DNA from: a virus
Lineage: Duplodnaviria; Heunggongvirae; Uroviricota; Caudoviricetes
Reading direction: 5' to 3' (one strand)
IMG/VR virus record: IMGVR_UViG_2687453449_000001
Span: 1-8,803 of that record
DNA length: 8,803 nt
The translations under genes were made by a program, and so were the position numbers. Of the stretch, positions 5,471 to 8,803 are shown in pieces; position 1 is the first letter of the stretch, and every line of letters starts with the position of its first letter. The notes under the pieces were generated by a model. That model was not told the DNA's origin, did not search any database, and saw nothing but the letters and a program-made list of their open reading frames with translations.

Positions 5471-7694
5471 AGCCTCCGGGCGTTTTGTCCCTCCGTCAGC
5501 ATTTGCCGCAGGCACCGGTAAGACGTTTACCGGTGCTTATGCATGGAACGCGCCACGCGAGGCTGTCGGGCGCGAAAGACCCCTTACACGTGACGAGATG
5601 CGTCAGGTGCAAGGTGTTTTATCCACGATTAACCGCCTGCCTTACTTTTTGCGCTCGCTGTTTACTTCACGCTATGACTACATCCGGCGCAATAAAAGCC
5701 CGGTGCACGGGTTTTATTTCCTCACATCCACTTTTCAGCGCCGTTTATGGCCGCGTATTGAGCGCGTGAATCAGCGCCATGAAATGAACACCGACGCGTC
5801 GTTGCTGTTTCTGGCAGAGCGTGACCATTATGCGCGTCTGCCGGGGATGAATGACAAGGAGCTGAAAAAGTTTGCTGCCCGTATCTCATCGCAGCTTTTC
5901 ATGATGTATGAGGAACTCTGCGATGCCTGGGTTGATGCACATGGCGAAAAAGAATTGCTGTTTACGGATGAGGCGCAGGCGCATCTGTATGGTCATGTTG
6001 CTGGCGCTGCACGTGCTTTCAATATTTCCCCGCTCTACTGGAAAAAATACCGTAAAGGACAGATGACCACGAGGCAGGCATATTCTGCCATTGCCCGCCT
6101 GTTTAACGATGAGTGGTGGACTCATCAGCTTAAAGGCCAGCGTATGCGCTGGCATGAGGCGTTACTGATTGCTGTCGGGGAGGTCAATAAAGACCGTTCT
6201 CCTTATGCCAGTAAACATGCCATTCGTGATGTGCGTGCACGCCGCCAGGCAAATCTGGAATTTCTTAAATCGTGTGACCTTGAAAACAGGGAAACCGGCG
6301 AGCGCATCGACCTTATCAGTAAGGTGATGGGCAGTATTTCTAATCCTGAAATTCGCCGGATGGAGCTGATGAACACCATTGCCGGTATTGAGCGTTACGC
6401 CGCCGCAGAGGGTGATGTGGGGATGTTTATCACGCTGACCGCGCCGTCAAAGTATCACCCGACACGTCAGGTCGGAAAAGGCGAAAGTAAAACCGTTCAG
6501 CTTAATCACGGCTGGAACGATGAGGCATTTAATCCAAAGGATGCGCAGCGTTATCTCTGCCGTATCTGGAGCCTGATGCGCACGGCATTCAAGGATAATG
6601 ATTTACAGGTCTACGGTTTGCGAGTCGTCGAGCCACACCACGACGGAACGCCGCACTGGCATATGATGCTTTTTTGTAATCCACGCCAGCGTAACCAGAT
6701 TATCGAAATCATACGTCGCTATGCGCTCAAAGAGGATGGCGACGAAAGAGGAGCCGCGCGAAACCGTTTTCAGGCAAAACATCTTAACCGGGGCGGTGCT
6801 GCGGGGTATATCGCGAAATACATCTCAAAAAACATCGATGGCTATGCACTGGATGGTCAGCTCGATAACGATACCGGCAGGCCGCTGAAAGATACTGCTG
6901 CGGCTGTTACCGCATGGGCGTCAACGTGGCGCATTCCGCAATTTAAAACGGTTGGTCTGCCGACAATGGGGGCTTACCGTGAACTACGCAAATTGCCTCG
7001 CGGCGTCAGCATTGCTGATGAGTTTGACGAGCGCGTCGAGGCTGCACGCGCCGCTGCAGACAGTGGTGATTTTGCGTTGTATATCAGCGCGCAGGGCGGG
7101 GCAAATGTCCCGCGCGATTGTCAGACTGTCAGGGTCGCCCGTAGCCCGTCGGATGACGTTAACGAGTACGAGGAAGAAGTCGAGAGAGTGGTCGGCATTT
7201 ACGCGCCGCATCTCGGCGCGCGTCATATTCATATCACCAGAACGACGGACTGGCGTATTGTGCCGAAAGTTCCGGTCGTTGAGCCTTTGACTTTAAAAAG
7301 CGGCATCGCCGCGCCTCGGAGTCCTGTCAATAACTGTGGAAAGCTCACCGGTGGTGATACTTCGTCACCGGCTCCCACGCCTTCTGAACACGCCGCAGCA
7401 GTGCTTAATCTGGTAGATGACGGTGTTATCGAATGGAATGACCAGGAGGTCGTGAGGGCGCTCAGAGGTGCATTAAAACACGGTCTGAGAAGACCAAACC
7501 GTCAGCAAAGAAACGGAAGCCCGTTAAAACCGCATGAAATAGCGCCATCGGCCAGACTGACTCGGTCGGAACGAATGCAAATTACCCGTATCCGCGTTGA
7601 CCTTGCTCAGAACGGTATCAGGCCACAGCGATGGGAGCTTGAGGCGCTGGCGCGTGGCGCGACCGTAAATTATGACGGGAAAAAATTCGCTTAA
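5460..7694 (+). CDS. A: Rolling-circle replication initiator A (HUH endonuclease)
   Basis: 744 codons from ATG 5460 to TAA 7692-7694. HUH motif PHWHMML at codons 398-404. Paired tyrosines in GYIAKYISK fall at codons 450 and 454 counting from this ATG, the same positions I recall for the P2 A catalytic tyrosines, which supports this start over the TTG at 5418 used by the ORF track. Confidence 0.9.
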   Translation: MAVKASGRFVPPSAFAAGTGKTFTGAYAWNAPREAVGRERPLTRDEMRQVQGVLSTINRLPYFLRSLFTSRYDYIRRNKSPVHGFYFLTSTFQRRLWPRIERVNQRHEMNTDASLLFLAERDHYARLPGMNDKELKKFAARISSQLFMMYEELCDAWVDAHGEKELLFTDEAQAHLYGHVAGAARAFNISPLYWKKYRKGQMTTRQAYSAIARLFNDEWWTHQLKGQRMRWHEALLIAVGEVNKDRSPYASKHAIRDVRARRQANLEFLKSCDLENRETGERIDLISKVMGSISNPEIRRMELMNTIAGIERYAAAEGDVGMFITLTAPSKYHPTRQVGKGESKTVQLNHGWNDEAFNPKDAQRYLCRIWSLMRTAFKDNDLQVYGLRVVEPHHDGTPHWHMMLFCNPRQRNQIIEIIRRYALKEDGDERGAARNRFQAKHLNRGGAAGYIAKYISKNIDGYALDGQLDNDTGRPLKDTAAAVTAWASTWRIPQFKTVGLPTMGAYRELRKLPRGVSIADEFDERVEAARAAADSGDFALYISAQGGANVPRDCQTVRVARSPSDDVNEYEEEVERVVGIYAPHLGARHIHITRTTDWRIVPKVPVVEPLTLKSGIAAPRSPVNNCGKLTGGDTSSPAPTPSEHAAAVLNLVDDGVIEWNDQEVVRALRGALKHGLRRPNRQQRNGSPLKPHEIAPSARLTRSERMQITRIRVDLAQNGIRPQRWELEALARGATVNYDGKKFA
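7311..7330 (+). other. Candidate ori / A-protein nick region inside the A coding sequence
   Basis: GCGCCTCGGAGTCCTGTCAA is seen at 7311-7330. From memory this matches the P2 origin nick region, which is known to lie within the 3' part of gene A. Recall-based; needs alignment to confirm. Confidence 0.4.
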
Positions 7695-7794
7695 CAACCG
7701 AATGCGCCCCCGCGCCAGGGCGGCACGCCGGTCAGTGAGGGTGAATCACCTGACACTGCACCGGCGTCCACCGCCCGACTTTTCAGAGGTAGTC

Positions 7795-8235
7795 ATGATG
7801 ACGCTGATTATTCCGCGAAAGGAGGCTCCTGTATCCGGTGAGGGTACGGTGGTCATCCCGCAACCGGCAGGCGACGAGCCGGTGATTAAAAACACGTTCT
7901 TTTTTCCCGATATCGACCCGAAGCGCGTCCGGGAACGTATGCGCCTTGAGCAGACCGTCGCCCCCGCCCGTCTGCGTGAGGCCATCAAGTCAGGCATGGC
8001 GGAGACGAATGCGGAGCTGTACGAGTACCGCGAACAGAAAATTGCCGCCGGTTTTACGCGTCTGGCGGACGTCCCGGCGGACGACATCGACGGTGAAAGC
8101 ATCAGGGTTTTTTACTACGAGCGCGCTGTGTGTGCGATGGCGACCGCGTCGCTTTATGAGCGTTATCGCGGCGTGGATGCCAGTGCGAAAACTGCTGTTT
8201 CTCAAAGCGGGGCAGGGGGTGACGGCCAGCGGTAA
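7795..8235 (+). pseudogene. L: Truncated head completion/stabilisation gene L fragment (L')
   Basis: ATG-ATG at 7795 with GAGG upstream. Translation MMTLIIPRKEAPVSGEGTVVIPQPAGDEPVIKNTFFFPDIDPKRVRERMRLEQTVAPARLREAIKSG... matches my recollection of P2-family gpL up to about ...YRGVDASAK (~8190). The last 14 codons (TAVSQSGAGGDGQR) are an out-of-frame read of D sequence. 146 codons against ~169 for intact L. Confidence 0.6.
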
Positions 8236-8803
8236 AAAAATCCCGCAGATTACCATCACCCGCAGCGACGGTGACCGTCATCATTTTGCGATTGCTGACC
8301 GTGGAGCCTATACCGGCGTAACGGCAAAGTGGTTACACACCAAAGACCCGAAACCACAAAAGCAGAAGGTAAAACTGAAACGCAAAAAGAAAGAAAAACA
8401 CCTGCGCGCACTGGAGCACCCGAAAGCAAAACCGGTCACGCAGAAGAAAGCGCCAAAAGTACCGGAAGCGCGCGAAGGTGAATACATGGCCGGTGAGGCT
8501 GACAACGTTTTTGCCCTGACTACGGTATATGCCACGAAAGCGCAGGCCATGCGCGCCGCTCAGGCGAAGTGGGATAAACTGCAACGGGGTGTGGCGGAGT
8601 TCTCCATCAGCCTGGCTACCGGTCGTGCAGATATTTACACGGAAACACCGGTTAAAGTGTCAGGCTTTAAGCGCGTCATAGACGAGCAGGACTGGACAAT
8701 CACTAAGGTGACACATTTTCTGAATAATAGCGGCTTCACGACGTCCTTGGAGCTTGAGGTCAGGCTTTCTGATGTGGAGTACGAAACAGAAGATGATGAG
8801 TGA
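8189..8803 (+). pseudogene. yegZ: C-terminal fragment of tail gene D (yegZ-like, D')
   Basis: Frame +2 reads LKAGQGVTASGKKIPQITITRSDGDRHHFAIADRGAYTGVTAKWLHTKDPKPQKQKVKLKRKKKEKHLRALEHPKAKP...RLSDVEYETEDDE with TGA at 8801-8803. This is the C-terminal ~200 residues of P2-family gpD as I recall it, and K-12 yegZ is annotated as such a fragment. There is no plausible start with a ribosome-binding site. The upstream 80 codons of ORF-track entry 7946..8803 are an out-of-frame read of L'. Confidence 0.8.

Larger units (their letters stand above)
1782..8803 (+). mobile_element. Cryptic P2-like prophage remnant (attL through truncated D); right end lies beyond the window
   Basis: Gene order int-C-cox-B-A is the P2 prophage left end. 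The expected orf91/tin/old, cos and all late genes are replaced by L and D fragments only. Confidence 0.85.

Noticed and set aside
5437-7290. ORFs 5437..5769 (+), 5886..6155 (-), 6952..7290 (+) and 6984..7232 (-) within gene A
   Set aside because: All lie inside the A coding sequence in other frames or on the other strand; A is GC-rich, which produces long chance open frames.
7946-8188. N-terminal 80 codons of the 285-codon ORF 7946..8803, as if D were an intact gene
   Set aside because: This part is an out-of-frame read across L' with no ribosome-binding site; only the portion from about 8189 onward resembles gpD.
7746-8584. Minus-strand ORFs 7746..8102, 7990..8259, 8102..8284, 8308..8550 and 8333..8584
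   Set aside because: Antisense to the L' and D' fragments in GC-rich DNA; products are Arg/Ser/Pro-rich low-complexity; no start signals.
1-8803. A dedicated anti-phage defence system
   Set aside because: I searched for restriction-modification, toxin-antitoxin, CRISPR, retron, nuclease/ATPase pairs and similar and found none; the usual P2 cargo position after A is deleted here. Only the small early ORFs remain as unknowns.

Overview
The window covers the E. coli yegS-yegR locus and the left ~7 kb of a degenerate P2-like prophage, integrated at the att core that forms the 3' end of the cyaR sRNA terminator. I found no recognisable defence system: no restriction-modification, toxin-antitoxin, CRISPR, retron or nuclease/ATPase pair. 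The only candidates for undescribed function are the small early-operon ORFs, chiefly the compositionally foreign, AT-rich ORF at 4672-4974. Order of features: yegS (minus, 1-900); an AT-rich divergent intergenic region; yegR lipoprotein (plus, 1305-1622); ~160 bp of host flank; the 27-bp att core (1782-1808); then phage DNA. The phage part is: integrase (minus), immunity repressor C (minus), a face-to-face Pe/Pc switch with direct-repeat operators and cox boxes, cox, one small ORF, replication gene B, four translationally coupled small ORFs (one TraR/DksA-like zinc finger), and the rolling-circle initiator A with HUH and YxxxY motifs. After A come only a truncated head-completion gene L fragment fused out of frame to the C-terminal ~200 codons of tail gene D (yegZ-like). 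All packaging, capsid, lysis and tail genes are absent, as is the usual cargo position after A, so this is a cryptic prophage keeping only its lysogeny and early replication modules. All homology statements are from reading the translations and from memory of the P2 and E. coli K-12 literature; no database search was run.
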